NCBI GenBank assembly: GCA_951406725.2
Contig: OX597827.1
Coordinates: 69,378,001 to 69,442,000 of the forward strand
DNA length: 64,000 bases
Direction: 5' to 3'
Source of the DNA: Octopus vulgaris
Taxonomy: Eukaryota
This document shows positions 36,869-51,245 of this stretch, piece by piece. How positions within the stretch are numbered: the first letter of the stretch is position 1; each line of letters opens with the position of its first letter. A program made the translations under genes and the position numbers. The notes under the pieces were generated by a model. The model searched no databases. It was given only the letters and a program-made list of their open reading frames with translations, and had not been told where the DNA came from.

Positions 36869-37190
36869 GAAATGAAGAAAATGCTGACAAAATAATTTAA
36901 GTAAGGGAGAGTGTATTTAATTAGGTGAAGTTCTTTTTACCGGTTGCGCATTTGTTATGCTTATCAAAAGATATATTTTAAAGAGAGATAGAGTGCCTTT
37001 CTGATAGATTTTTTTCTCCTATATATATATATATATATACATACACATACACGCGCACACACACATTCTAAAAATCCTGGCGTTTAAATAACATTTACGT
37101 TTGTATTGTATTACTGATAGTGTTTACATTATGAGACTGATTCTGTTGCTTATTTTGAATATATGTATGTAATTTTCATCAAGTCAGCCT

Positions 37191-37240
37191 CTTGCTACTC
37201 CGAGTTTCGCTTGTGAGTGCTCACAGCTTCTTCAGGCAAG
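37191..37240 (-). ncRNA. Type I hammerhead ribozyme, complete core
   Basis: Minus strand: cttgc-CTGAAGA-a-gctgtgag ca ctcacaagc-GAAA-ctcggag-TA-gcaag. Confidence 0.8.
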
Positions 37241-39705
37241 TTATGACCAAAATAAAATCTCTTATTAATCGTGTTAATCTCTATACTATAGTATCGAGTA
37301 ATCTTTTTAACGACAGTCAACGTGTGTAATTAAATTTAACCTCTCTCTATATATGTCTACATATATATATATATAAACTTAGCCTTTTTCTAGTAAAAAT
37401 TAATTTGGTACGGAGAGATTCTTTAATTCCAATGTTCAACTGTTTTATATAAAACTGCATAACATATATAAAACTTATTTTTGAGATGACACTAGCACAT
37501 TACTAAAATTATGCCTGTGTATATAACATGTATATCTATATATAGACGGATAAGCGATTTCATCAAGTATTCGTTTGTAAACAAGTCGTGACCAACACAC
37601 ACACATAGGATAAAAAATGTTAAGACTTGTTTTGTTCTTTTAATCATTATCTTCACCCTTCAGAACGAATACATATTGTATCTAAAGTGCACAGTTATTC
37701 TTACATAATACATGAGACGTGCACACGAACAGACTGGTCATTGTTTGGTATGGCTTGACCACACCTCCATGAGATGTTTGGCTGTAAAAGAGCAGGCGGG
37801 AAATTCCTGCCATATCCTCCTTATGTATTTTACTAATATATAAATATATATAAACGTGAATCTCGATGCAAACACAGCTATAAATAATAGCGTGTAAATG
37901 TGGGTTTCAGAACCCTTTGGATAGGAAAAAAATATCGAAGGCTACCCGTGGGACACGAACCCACACCTTCTGTAAACATGACAGGCTTTCTACCAACATA
38001 TATATTTTATTTATTTTTTCAAAGGGTTGTTTACCCCAGTAAATTGCTCCTTGTATTTTCTATTATATATATATATATATATATATAATGTTTATGGCAA
38101 TTGGTGTTACGGTGTACTTACCTGCCGTGTTTGAAACCAAGACTGTGGTATTAAATATTATAAATATACAAACTTTAATCTATTTCTGTATGTAATTACA
38201 ACTTAAAGCTAACTTAATCTATGCTTTTGGTTTGTGAAAGGAAATTACGACCAGGTTATTGTTATGGTACTGCTAGGACACGATTATTTTGGCATTCTGC
38301 GGGTTTAATCGAAAGAATGCCATTATTTTTATATAAAAATTTACAACCTTTATAATGCTTTATTCATCTTGGAATCTCTATATGGTCGTTTGGCTGGCTA
38401 AAGAAAAGAAAGGTGGCTAAATATCCTTCAAAAGACATCTTACCATCTTAAATACTGAAAGGACACTGCGAGAAAACGGACGGAGTGGTCACGGTTAGAA
38501 TGCTTTCGATAAGAGAGAACTGCTGAGTCAGGCCTTGGGCTAAACAGTAGCTTTGTTACATAGCGATAAGATTAGCTTTTATGTGACCGCTTCTGTGTTA
38601 GAAATAGCAGCAATATATCCCTCAGATTACATACAGCTATCTTTTGAAAAGAAGCGATTCATTTGATAGTAGGTAACCTTTTTTGGAAAAGCGGGCCGCA
38701 TGAGACATGGCTCATCGTCAGGTGGGCCGCACTGCTTAAAGGATTCAAATATTTTGTTAGATGTATCATTTACAAAGTCCCACGAGCCGCAGTTTGCCTG
38801 TAGTTGTCCTAGATACTCATAACAAAAAATAAATAAATAAATAAATAAAAAGGTGGGATGGTCATAGTTGGAACGTTTTTCGTCATAGCTCTTCTCAAGC
38901 GAGGCTGGCTTGCGGTGAAATAAACAACTTCAGGTGCTGTGGAGAGTTAATGAGGGAAAGACAGAAACCTCTGTGCAGTCAGTCACTCGGTTTTGCTTTA
39001 AAAAAAAACCCAAGAAAATAGAATAAAGAAACCCCAGCCAAATCTTATTCAAATCCGACGTTACTTTAAAAAGAGAACAACACATTGGATAATGTAATCC
39101 TAGGTAGCTTATACCCGAAAAAGGAAAAACAAATGTGATTGCCATGTTTGGAACACCTGTGGTTATTAGCTCTGTCTGGTAAGCCAGGACTTACTTGGGG
39201 GTTATACAGCTCTGTATATGATCCATTCTAATTTCCTCTCTGAATAGAACAATAAGTCGAAAACTCACGTTACAGATAATTAGTTCGCTCAATTTAAATC
39301 TAATTTAAATCCAAATTCTCATTTTCTACACAGTCACACACAATCCTTTATTTTATACACCCCCACACGTTCCATATTGTTCGTGTCCTTTGCATTGAAT
39401 TGAGATTTCTTTTTGTTTTTTTAAAACAACAGCATACGGCCTCGTATTTTGTGTTAAATATGGTATATTTGGATGTCGTTGATATTGGGTTAGTCCTAGT
39501 AGATACCTGGTATTTATTTAATCCATTTTCTCCCCCTCTCATCTCATCCCCGCTCCCTCCCTTGGAACATTAAAAAGTATATCGATCTGTCAACCCTGGC
39601 CGGATTTGAGTTTAGAAATTGAACGACGGAAACTGCTAAATAGTGAAAGAACTGTTTAAGACATTACGTAAGACATTGCACGACAGGTAGTCCAGTGTTT
39701 TTATA

Positions 39706-39758
<53 letters not shown>

Positions 39759-39773
39759 GTGTGTGTATACATG

Positions 39774-40091
39774 CAGGCATACTTCAACTTGCTTTTGTAA
39801 TGGTGCCAAGACATGCGACTTAACTCGAAAAAACGACGTAACACGAAAAGACAGTTTTAAAAATTTCATTAGCTCATATCTGTTCTAATTTGTTTGTACA
39901 TATTTTCACATTTATTGTGATTTCCGCTTCAGTATTATTTGTTTTGTTTTTTTCTTTCACCTGTGTTTGAATATGTCGGCTGAAACCGACGTAAAGTTGA
40001 CTAAATCAAATGAAGGTGAGGTTTTTCTTTAAAAAAAAAATGTAAAGTCGAAAAAATACAACTCGAAATGACGTAAGTTGAGGTATGCGTG
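39774..40091. mobile_element. Tigger/pogo-like MITE
   Basis: TIRs caggcatacttcaactt / aagttgaggtatgcgtg. Confidence 0.65.
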
Positions 40092-43000
40092 TGTATACAA
40101 ATACACACAAAATGACAGTATGTGTAATTATATACACTATCGAAACCAACAAGGCAATCCTTTACGCGTTAACTTGATTTAGCTTTTTAGATAAAGACAG
40201 TGTTATATCCTACCTGAGTTTTTGTACAACCCACCTGACTGGGACAAACAAATTTCACTTTTAAAATGTAAAGTAGAACCGAAATCTTGTAATGAGATTT
40301 TAAAAAAATACACTTAGTAATTAAAAATTTTAAATAGGAGAAAATAAAGATTTATGTGATTATTAGATATTCAATTTTTTTTAGTAGAATGAAAAAGTGC
40401 TGAAGTACCATTTATTGAATGCATTTACCACTTTCATTATTTTACCCGAAAAAATTGGGGTTTTTTCTTGTTGAAAAACTTTAAACAAAGAAGTTTTATT
40501 ATATACATTTTTTTTTCTCTTTGCATTTTAATTGAGGTTTCTTTTTTGCCCCCATGAGGGATTTTGTTCGGATGTTAAAACTTGGTGAATAAGGCATCAC
40601 CATGACTTTTTGCTCAATTAAGGCTGACTTGAGTGAGGCCTCTGGACCAAAACGGGGAAGCTTTTTCAGTGAGAGGGTGCGAGTGTTAAGCGCAAATGCA
40701 TCGAGAAAATTACAAATCTTTTTTTATTTAATAACAGAGGCACACAACTTAAATTGCTGTTTTGGTTGTAAAAACATCAAATAGTTTTGTTTTTCTTTCA
40801 TGAGATTTTGCCAGTGGGTAACGTTACCCGCTGCTTGCTTACCGCGGTCGTTAACCTACTAGAAATAACAGCCAAATCTTTCTATTTTTTAATAACATTT
40901 TAGTGCAAGTATGAAATCGAAAAGCGGGTCACAACTACTAAACAAAAAATCAAAATATTTTATTTAGTGTGCCGTTCAGAAAATCCTGCTGGCCGCATTT
41001 TACCCCTCACTGCCTTAGGTTTTGGAACTAAACAAACAAAAGCAACTCATATTAAACAAAGAAATATATATATGTGTATATATTCAGTGCGTTTAATAGA
41101 GGAGTGTGCGTAATATAGCTAATATAAACATCCTAGAAAGGATATAATAGCTTGAGTAAATTGGATTAATTTTATGATTAATAATTCGTGGAAAGTACCA
41201 GCTGTTGATTGATTTCTCGGACAGCAAACCGTGTATCATCGAATTGTACTATTAAAGTATTTAGTTTCGTTTTTCTTGGTCCCTGGTTCACTATCTCGTC
41301 CCCGTCGTCTTGTGTTTATTATCTCACAACCCACCTGTGACATTGGAAATAAACACCGGAAATGTAAACTGGATCAATTCATTTGACTGGCCGTCTTAAT
41401 TGAAAGAAATCATTTGTATAGTGGGTGAAGGCGGACTCTAGGAGCCGAGGCCTATAGTCTTTATTTATTGACAGCAAACCACGGCATACATAGATAAGCT
41501 CTGGGTCTGTAGAACGGTGGGGGATCCCCTAGAAAATTACCCAGTGTATACACGATTTAAGATGGTATTTGTAGTGAAGCAGGATGCATCGCGCGAAAGT
41601 TGAGCTGTTTATGTCCCGACGTCAGCTGAAAATATTTAAATCCGACATGAGTAGCCCTTCCCGAGAAGCGGCCTGCATGCGACATGGCTTATCAGGCAGG
41701 AGTCACTACTAAAAACAACCAAAAATCATGCCATTTCATAAAATCCCGCGGGTCGCAGGATTCAATAGTATTTATTGAAATCTGCGCTACGACATGCGAA
41801 ACTTCGCCATTGTTGATATACACGATTCAGTTACTGCTATTTATATTACAGTGGAAGCGCAATGGCCCAGTGGTTAGGGCAACGGACTCGCGGTCGTAGG
41901 ATCGCAGTTTCGATTCCTAGTGAGTATTTATTGAACGAAAACACCTACAAAGTTCCACGAAGCTCCGGCAGGAGGTGGGTGTCGAACCCTGCTATACTCT
42001 TTCACCACAACCTGTTCTCACTCTTTCTTCATGTTTCTGTTGTACCTGTATTTCAAAGGGGCCAGCCTTGTCACACTTTGTGTCACGCTGAATCTTCCCC
42101 GAGAACTACGTTAAGGACACACGTGTCTGTGGAGTACTCAGCCACTTGCGCGTTAATTTCACGAGCGGGCTGTTCCGTTGATCGGATCAACAGGAACCCT
42201 CGCCGTCGTAACCGACCGAGTGCCACAATTTATATTACAGAATTACATAACGTCCTAAATGTCACGTTTACCGTTGCGCTGAGGAAAGTCCTAAGATGTG
42301 ATGCAAATCAAATAGCTATTGAGAACTACCGACCAGTATACGTTAAAGTCCGCAAGGATGGAGTTAGGAAGGTGGGACAAGATACTAATATAAGCCGTCT
42401 CACCTCCGTGAACTAAAAGCTAGAAGAGCGCCGTGACCCTGAATATCATCCCCCTCCTCTCCCTATTTCCATCTTAGCTCCTTCCTTGGTTTGAAGATTT
42501 GTACAAACATCTTGTTTATTCCACACGGGTCAAGGCTTACTCACTGTCATTTTCTTTTGATTCTAATTACAGTTTTGCTGTCCAAATTTTGAATTAATTA
42601 CACCTCGTGTTGGTTGTATTTTTTATTTGTCACTAATTCTGCTAAATGTTTTGTTTTGCAACATTCTTTCGTCCAAGTTCCAATGACGTTAATCATATTG
42701 GAGAACCGCCTCTCCCTCCACCACCAGCACCACCATTCCAAATATCTGCTGCTAGTAAACATTTTAAAAATCAAAATATGTTCGTGTGTTTGAGAAGATG
42801 GCGAGTTCGAATTTTGGAGTAACTACCACAACAAATTTTTTTTTTTTTTAAGAATAGGAGTAAGGAATTGGTGGTGGTGAGGGGGGCTTCTTTTTCATTT
42901 AAAAAAATGTTTTTTTTTTTGGGGGGGGGGGGTTTCTGTTTCCTGCTACGGAATTACAAGTCAAAGATATTTTTCTCCCAGAAAATTTCTCTGTCTTTCT

Positions 43001-43165
43001 TTCTTTCTCTCTCTCTCTCTTTCTCCCTACACTCCAATTCCATACCTTTTTCCTTCTCCCGTGGGGTAATGATATCTCTTCCAGAATGCTACCAAATTTT
43101 ATTGCATGTGTTTGTTATGTGTGTGTGTTTCTGATGTTTGAAAATTTTCCTTTTTTTTATTGTGT

Positions 43166-43465
43166 AAGGTGTTTATAAGCCATTTAAGAAACACACAAAA
43201 ACCGTTAGATTCACTTCAATATTTAAATTTAATTTGTCAAAATATTTTCGTCGCTTTGGGACCGCGACCTGTTCCCTGACAAAACTGTGATGCAGCATGG
43301 AGATGCACTGACGAAAATATTTTGACAAATTAAATTTAAATGTTGAAGTGAATCTAACGGTTTTTGTGTTTCTTAAATAGCTTATAAACACCTTCCACGC
43401 TGCAACTGTATTCGTTCCAACACATGATCTCAGATCAGGTCACTTGCTATGCAAGTACATCTCCG
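43166..43465. mobile_element. Penelope-like inverted pLTR foldback (same family as 60297-60615)
   Basis: ~85-bp inverted arms; variant hammerhead at 43233-43283 (-). Confidence 0.75.
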
Positions 43466-43960
43466 TACTTTATTTTATTATTCGTGCACTTCCTTTTTAC
43501 TTCACATTTGAAAATGAAACTAAATTAATAACAAAATTCCCATAAAAAGATATTTTTAAATACGCACCCACCCACATATCACCCCTACTTTCTGATCAAT
43601 CCTTCTCACCTTACCCCCCTCTCTCTCTCTCCTCACTGATATTTCTCAAGCAACACTTCCGCCTATGTTATACCCATTCTTAACCCCCTCCACCAAACCC
43701 CCACCAGAATTTCTGACCATCTGCTGCTCTCCCCCCTTACGTCACATATCTTAAAATGCTCTGGCATCTAGTCAACTTGATATACATTCATATATGTATA
43801 TATATGACTAGCTTCTTTTGGTTTCTGTCTACCAAATCCACTCACTAGGCTTTGGTTGGCCCGAGGCTATAGTAAAAGACACTTGCCCAAGGTGCCATGC
43901 AGTGGGACTGAACCCTGAACCATGTGGTTGGTAAGCAAGTTACTTACCGCACAGCCACTC

Positions 43961-43997
<37 letters not shown>

Positions 43998-45859
43998 TGT
44001 TATTTGACATTGTTGAAAAGCTGGTCACTTTGTACCCAGGACAGTGGCCTTTGACCTTCTAAGGCCATAAAAACTGGAGACAATAATTCTTTCTGTGCCA
44101 AAAACAAGGTATGCACATGTAAACGCACACACACATAAGTTTGTGTGTATGTATGTATGTGTATCGAAGTACAGAGGGGTAGAAAAAGATATACCGTTAG
44201 TTTTTTATGTGTTGTATTTTAGAATCATCAGAGCAGACTCTGCTGTGGGGATTCTAAAATAGAACAAGCTGTAAGGGACTATGTTTGGTTTTTGCAGTTA
44301 ATAAAGGTGTGTAGATCATGAATTTTTATTGAAGAGATGGGGTCTCGAAACAGAAAGTTGCAAGGGGTCTCTAAAATTCATGCGATGGCTCTGCTTTGGC
44401 CACTCTGTCTGGGATACGGCAAAGTCATAGGACTGCGACATGGTGGATTGTAAAGAAGCAGTAGAAGAGCTCAGCTGAACCAACGGTGCTTCTTACATTG
44501 AAGTTGAGCAGAGGAATCCAAGAAGATGACCGTTCAGGATCACCAAGCTCTATGAAGAGAGTAAACCTCATAGGAGTGGTGTCCATGGTTGTGACTCACC
44601 TAATGTAAGAGTCACTATGACTCAAGATCCCAATTCAAATCCATAATAATGGAATTGTACAGTGATGTAGAGGCACATAGCCTAGTGTTTAGAGCAGCGG
44701 ACTCGCGGTCAAGGGATCATGGGTTCGAATCTCAGACTGGGCGATGTGTGTGTTTATGAGCGAAACACCTAAGCTTCATGCGGCTCCGGCAGAAGGTAAT
44801 GGCCAACTTCTGCTGACTCTTTCGTCACAAATTTCTCTCACTCTTTCCTCGTGCATCTTGCAGCTCACCTGCGACGGATTGGCATCCCGTCCAGGTGTGG
44901 AACCTATACGCCAAGCAAATTACATCGACCCCAGTGCGTAACTGGTACTTAATTTATCGACCCTGAAAGGATGAAAGGCAAAGTCGACCTCGGCGGAATT
45001 TGAACTCAGAACGTAATGGTAGACGAAATACGGCTACGCATTTCGCCCGCCGTGCTAACGGTTCTGCCAGCTCGCTGAAACGAGATGAATGAAATGCCAC
45101 TAAGCATAGTGCCTGCTTACTGCCTTTAATAATAGTTTGAATTTTAGGGAAAGAGGTTAGTCAGTATTATTGCTCCAAGTGCACGACTGGTACTTATTCT
45201 ATTGACCCAGAAGGAAGAAAGGCAAAGTTGACCTCAGTGGAATTTGAACTCTGAATGCAAAGTCAGATGAAATGCTGCTAAGCTTTGTCTGGCATGCTAG
45301 CAATCCCGCCAGCTCACCCCCTTAATCATCATCATCATCATTTAGCATCCGCTTTCCATGCTAGCATGCGTTGGACGGTTCAACTGGGGTCTGTGAAGCC
45401 AGAAGGCTGCATCATGCCCAGTCTGATCTGGCAGTGTTTCTACGGCTGGATAATAATAATAATAATAATAATAATAATCCTTTTCTGCTATCTGCACATG
45501 GCCTTAAATGTGAAGTTGTTGAGGCCCTAGTCGAAAGCATTAACCCCAGTGTTCAACTAGTAGTTATTTTATCAACCCCAAAATTTTGAAAGACTGAGTG
45601 GACTTTGGTTGAATTTGAACTCAGAATGTGAAGACAGCGGAAATGTTGCAAATCATTTTGTCTGGAATACTCTCTTTTACTTGTTTCAGTCATTTGACTG
45701 TGGCCATGCTGGAGCACCGCCTTTAGTCGAGTAAGTCAACCCCAGGACTTATTCTACTACTGGTCTCTTTTGCCAAACTGCTAAGTTACGGGGACGTAAA
45801 TACACCAGCATCGATGTTGGGGGGACAAACACAGACATATACATACATACATATATGTG

Positions 45860-45894
<35 letters not shown>

Positions 45895-46741
45895 GACGGG
45901 CTTCTTTCAGTTTCCGTCTACCAAACCACTCACAAAGCTTTGGTCAGCCCCAGGCTATAGTAGAAGACACTTGCCCTAGGTGCCATGCAGTGGGACTGAA
46001 CCTGGAACCATGTGGTTGGTAAGCAAGCTACTTACCATGCAGCCACTCCTGCGCATGCTAATGATTCTACCAGCTTACAACCTTAATAATAATAAATAGT
46101 GATTATTGACAGTTTATCACTTGAGAAACTTGTATTGATCACTATTAACAGTGTGCCAATAAGGGTGCTGGCTTGCAGCAAAGGAATATATTGCTTTTGC
46201 CAAGAAAGAAGGAAAAAAAAAGAAGCATTCTGAGTTTCCAAAATCTGATTCATACCATAGTTACTGCCTTGCTTTGCGTCAAGCTCTCAGCTGTTGATGG
46301 AGTTGTAGAGGTACTATTCTGACATACAGAGTGTCTTGGTTGTAGTTTAGATTGAGTCCATCTCTCTCCAGGTCTGGCCACAGTCGATTCCTTCCAGAAA
46401 AGGAGAGAAGCAGGCAGACTGGAAGAAAGACAGATATATATCTATATATATATGGAGACGCAATGGCCCAGTGGTTAGGGTAATGGACTTGCGGTCGTAG
46501 GATCGCAGTTTTGATTCCCAGACTGGGCGTTGTGTGTGTTTATTGAGCGAAAACACCTAAAAGCTCCATGAGGCTCCGGCAGGGGGTGGTGTTCCCTGCT
46601 GTACTCTTTAGCCACTCTTTCTTCTGTTGGCCTGCTCGCTTAGCCAGCAGGGTGGCGTCATTCGAAGGCTAAAACAATGCAAATGCATTGTGACCAGCGA
46701 TGTGTAGCAACATCTGATGGTCTGGTCGGTCACGTGATCAT

Positions 46742-46781
<40 letters not shown>

Positions 46782-46788
<7 letters not shown>

Positions 46789-47010
46789 TAGAAAAAAAAA
46801 TCCTTTTATCAATTCAAAATGAAAAACTAAATTACACCATCTAGAAAATTACATATAATAGAAATATTAAATATAAGATAAAAAATTATATACCGATGAT
46901 TAAGTAATTTTTATCTTATATTTAATATTTCTGTTATATGTAATTTTCTAGATGGTGTAATCTAATTTTTCATTTTGAATTGATAAAAGGTGGTTTTTTT
47001 CTAATTTATA
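46782..47010. repeat. AT-rich foldback, ~105-bp arms
   Basis: ccttttatcaattcaaaatgaaaaa...tttttcattttgaattgataaaagg; ~16-nt loop. Confidence 0.85.
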
Positions 47011-47222
47011 TATGTATTATATTTTGTGAAATTTGATTTAGTATTTCTAAATTGAATTTTTCGGTGTAAGTTAGGAATAATATTCTCCCAAATTATTATT
47101 TTATATATATGTATATATATATATAACGGGAAGGTTTATGAAAATAAACAAAAGACGAAGGCAGGTGGAGTACAAACAAACAAATGTATTAGTATGGTGC
47201 TCAGGAATAGAAATAGAACAAG

Positions 47223-47260
47223 TCTTTTACGTTTCGAGCCTATGCACTTCGACAGAAAGA
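47223..47260 (-). ncRNA. Minimal hammerhead variant (CUGUCGA) in a Penelope-like repeat
   Basis: Minus strand: tcttt-CTGTCGA-a-gtgc-atag-gctc-GAAA-cg-TA-aaaga; truncated family member at ~36703-36810 (+). Confidence 0.65.
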
Positions 47261-47285
47261 TACACAGAAAAGAAACAAGGAGAGA

Positions 47286-47350
<65 letters not shown>

Positions 47351-47539
47351 CAACTCCAGGACCAGTGCTTTGTGTATCGACCTCAAAAGAATAAAAGGCA
47401 AAGTTGACCTTGGTGGCATTTGAACTTGGAGTACAGAAAGGCAGAATGAATGCCAAGAGGTAATCTGTTACTTTAACAACTTGTCTAGCTCACCATCTTG
47501 CCAGAATATTATTCACCAATAAATACGGTGCAGAATGTT

Positions 47540-47690
47540 GGCAAAAATTCAACAAGTGATTGATCTTGTATTAAAAATTGTGAATTCAATTAGGGCCAAA
47601 CTATTTAGGTATTTCCTAGAAAGCACCAACACCAGCCGTAGTGATTTACCACTGCATACAAAAGTCCGCTACTTAAATAAAGAATAGGTA
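47540..47690 (+). pseudogene. hAT (Charlie-like) transposase fragment
   Basis: VLKIVNSIRAK...DLPLHTKVRYLNK resembles the hAT motif LLHTEVRWLS. Confidence 0.6.
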
Positions 47691-50324
47691 GAATGATTTT
47701 TTTTTTTTTGCCTTTTTTTAACCTTTTGCTCCCAATCGGTCTTTATTGAATAATGAAAACTGGGTTTTAAATTTAACATATTAGCATTCATTCCGGCCAT
47801 AACCATTCAGCTTCTCACACCTACCCGACAATGTCATTTTAAAAGTGGCTGTGTGGTAAATAGCTTGCTAACCAACCACATGGTTCCGGGTTCAGTCCCA
47901 CTGCGTGGCATCTTGGGCAAGTGTCTTCTGCTGTAGCCTCGGGCCGACCAAAGCCTTGTGAGTGGATTTGGTAGACGGAAACTGAAAGAAGCCTGTCGTA
48001 TATATGTGTGTATATATATATATATATATTTGTATGTATGTATGTATGTGTGTGTATATGTTTGTGTGTCTGTGTTTGTCCCTATAGCATTGCTTGACAA
48101 CCGGTGCTGGTGTGTTTACGTCCCCGTCACTTAGCGGTTCGGCAAAAGAGACCGATAGAATAAGTACTGGGCTTACAAAGAATAAGTCTTGGGGTCGATT
48201 TGCTCGACCAAAGGCGGTGCTCCAGCATGGCCGCAGTCAAATAACTGAAACAAGTAAGAGAGTAAAGTGTAAAGAGAATGCATATATACACAAGCGAGGT
48301 AATAAGTCCCCATGGCCAGACATGTCTTGGAAGATTGGAAACATAGTACAACATTTGCATGACAGTGAAACTCGTTTACATAATGCAATGCAGGCATGTG
48401 CATGCACCAATATATTCACACGATGAGCTTCTTTCAGTTTCCATCTACCAAATCCACTCACAAGGGATTGGTCAGCCTGGGGCTATGGTAGATGACACTC
48501 GCTCAGCAGCACTGAATCTGAAACCATGTGGTTGGGAAGCAACCGTCTTTCCACTCAGCCATGCTTGTGAAATCATCATTGTTTAATGTCTGTTTTCCAT
48601 GCTGGCATGGGTTGGATGGTTTGACATGGTTTGACATTAAGGCGGCGAGCTGGCAGAAACGTTAGCATGCCAGGCGAAATGCTCAGCGGTATTTCGTCTG
48701 CCGCTACGTTCTGAGTTCAAATTCCGCTGAGGTCGACTTTGCCTTTCATCCTTTCGGGGTTGATAAATTAAGTACCAGTTACGCACTGGGGTCGATGTAA
48801 TCGACTTAATACCTATGTCTGTCCTTGTTTGTCCCTTCTATGTTTAGCCCCTTGTGGGTAATAAAGAAATGGGTTTGACATGGAAGTGGCTAGCAAGGAG
48901 CTGTCCAGACCCCCCAACTGTCTCTTATGGCATGGTTCCTACAGCTGGATGCCCTTCCTAATGCCAACCACTTAAGTGTATGTTGGGTGCTTTTAACCTC
49001 CCACAGGCATGGGTACGTCCCATACAGCACCAGCATGGGTGCATCCATTTAGCACTCTGATACCCGTGCTGGTGGGATGTAAAAAGTACCATCCGAACAT
49101 GGCTGATGCCAGTGCCGCCTGACTGGTGTCCGTGTCTGTGACACATAAAATGCTCCAACCAAATGTGGCCGTTTGCCAGCCTCCTCTGGGCCCTGTGTCG
49201 GTGGCACGTACAAAGCACCCGCTACACTCACGGAGTGGTTGGCATTAGGAAGGACATCCAGCTGTAGAAAGGATCAGACTGGAGCCTGGCGCAGCCTCCT
49301 GGCTATTTCTTTACTACCCCCAAGGGGCTAAACATAGAAAGGACAAACAAACGAATTAAGTCGATTACATCGACCCCCAGTGCATAACTGGTACTTAATT
49401 TATCAACCCTGAAAGGATCAGACTGGAGCCTGGCGCAGCCTCCTGGCTTCCCAGACCCCCGGTTGAACCGTCCAACCCATGCTAGCATGGAAAACGGACG
49501 TTAAACGATGATGATGATGATGGGTGCGTCAACACAACACCAAGGTGTGTCCATGCACCTCTGGCACAGTTTTTTTTTTAATTAGCACCAACAGGTAAAA
49601 GGACAAGCCAGTATATGTGGAAGACTTTTACTTAGCTTGACGCACCTTATCAACATATTGACTAAATTGTTGTTATGCATCATTTGCTTGGCTACCCGGG
49701 TATGTACGAGTGCAATTCTTTTTTTTTTTTATCACCTACTTTTGAATACATTCCTGTTTCCATCAGCAGATAGCTTTATTTACTGCAGTCATTTTTTTTC
49801 CCCACTGATTTAATCAGAGGTCACTCGTTACACAGAAGGTCAATATATGGGTGTAAAAAAAAAAAAAAAAAAAAAAAAATAATAAGTGCTCTTCAAATGA
49901 AAATAATGCATTTCAGATATATATACACACATATATAAAACACAATCTGCTGATTATATTTGTGTTGTAATATGCAGATATGCTTATTTGTGCTGCCCAA
50001 TAATGTGTTATTCTTGGCAGTCTGTCTATTCCGAGGAAGATAATACTTTTGCTAATGGATACTTACATTTACATGTTGCCCTTTAGCATTTAAGCCAGCT
50101 GTATCCGGCTTAAATATTCTACGTGCTTTTTTTTTGTTGTTAAAACTGACCAGATTCTGACCTCTAACACTTAACCCTAAAACGGCATTCTGGAAACAAA
50201 CAATCACATCATTGAAATCTTGAAGCTTTGAAATAGTGAGTCATTCAAAGCAATGTGAATAAATAAGCATTACATTTGAGAAGGCTCCTGGCCTAGTGGT
50301 TAGTGTGTCATATTTATAAGCTGT

Positions 50325-51245
50325 TTTTTTATTGCCTACAATGGGCTAAACATAGAAAGGACAAACAAGGACAGACACATGAATTAAGTCGATTATATTG
50401 ACTCCAATGCATAACTGGTACTTAATTTATCGACCCCCGGCGGAATTTGAACTTAGAACGTAAAGACGGGCGAGATACCTATTTCTTTACTACCCACAAT
50501 GGGCTAAAGATAGAAAGGACAAACAAGGACAGACACACGAATTAAGTCGATTACATTGACCCCAGTGCATAACTGGTACTTAATTTATCGACCCCGAAAG
50601 GATGAAAGGCAAAGTTGACCTCGGCGGAATTTGAGCTCAGAACGTAAACACAGACGAAATACCTATTTCTTTACTACCCACAAGGGGCTAAACACAGAGA
50701 GGACAGACAAGCAGATTAAGTCGATTATATCGACTCCAGTGCATAACTGGTACTTAATTTATCGACCCCGAAAGGGTGAAAGGCAAATTTGACCTCGGCG
50801 GAATTTGAACTCAGAATGTAAACACAGACGAAATGCCTATTTCTTTACTACCCCCAAGGGGCTAAACATAGAAAGGACAAACAAACGAATTAAGTCGATT
50901 ACATCGACCCCCAGTGCATAACTGGTACTTAATTTATCGATCCTGAAAGGATGAAAGGCAAAGTTGACCTCGACGGAATTTGAACTCAGAACGTAACGGC
51001 AGACAAAATACCTATTTCTTTACTACCCACAAGGGGCTAAACATAGAAAGGACAAACAAGGACAGTCAAATGGATTAAGTCGATTACATCGACCCCCAGT
51101 GCATAACTGGTACTTAATTTATCAACCCCGAAAGGATGAAAGGCAAAGTCGACCTCGGCGGAATTTGAACTCGGAACGTAGCGGCAGTTGAAATACGGCT
51201 ACGCATTTCACCCGGCGTGCTAACGGTTCTGCCAGCTCGCCGCCT
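50325..51245 (-). repeat. Tandem amplification (~170-bp unit, 5-6 copies) of the family-A SINE 3' part
   Basis: Repeats of tacctatttctttactacccacaaggggctaaac...gaactcagaacgta with one SINE head at 51245. Confidence 0.9.

Noticed and set aside
38700-38730. CTGACGA plus hairpin on the minus strand
   Set aside because: No GAAA after the stem; lies in a probable hAT MITE fragment
41862-42416. 184-aa ORF
   Set aside because: Mostly a family-C SINE; no protein motif
44328-44365. ttgaagagatggggtctcgaaac hammerhead-like string
   Set aside because: Core and stem II overlap; no convincing stem I
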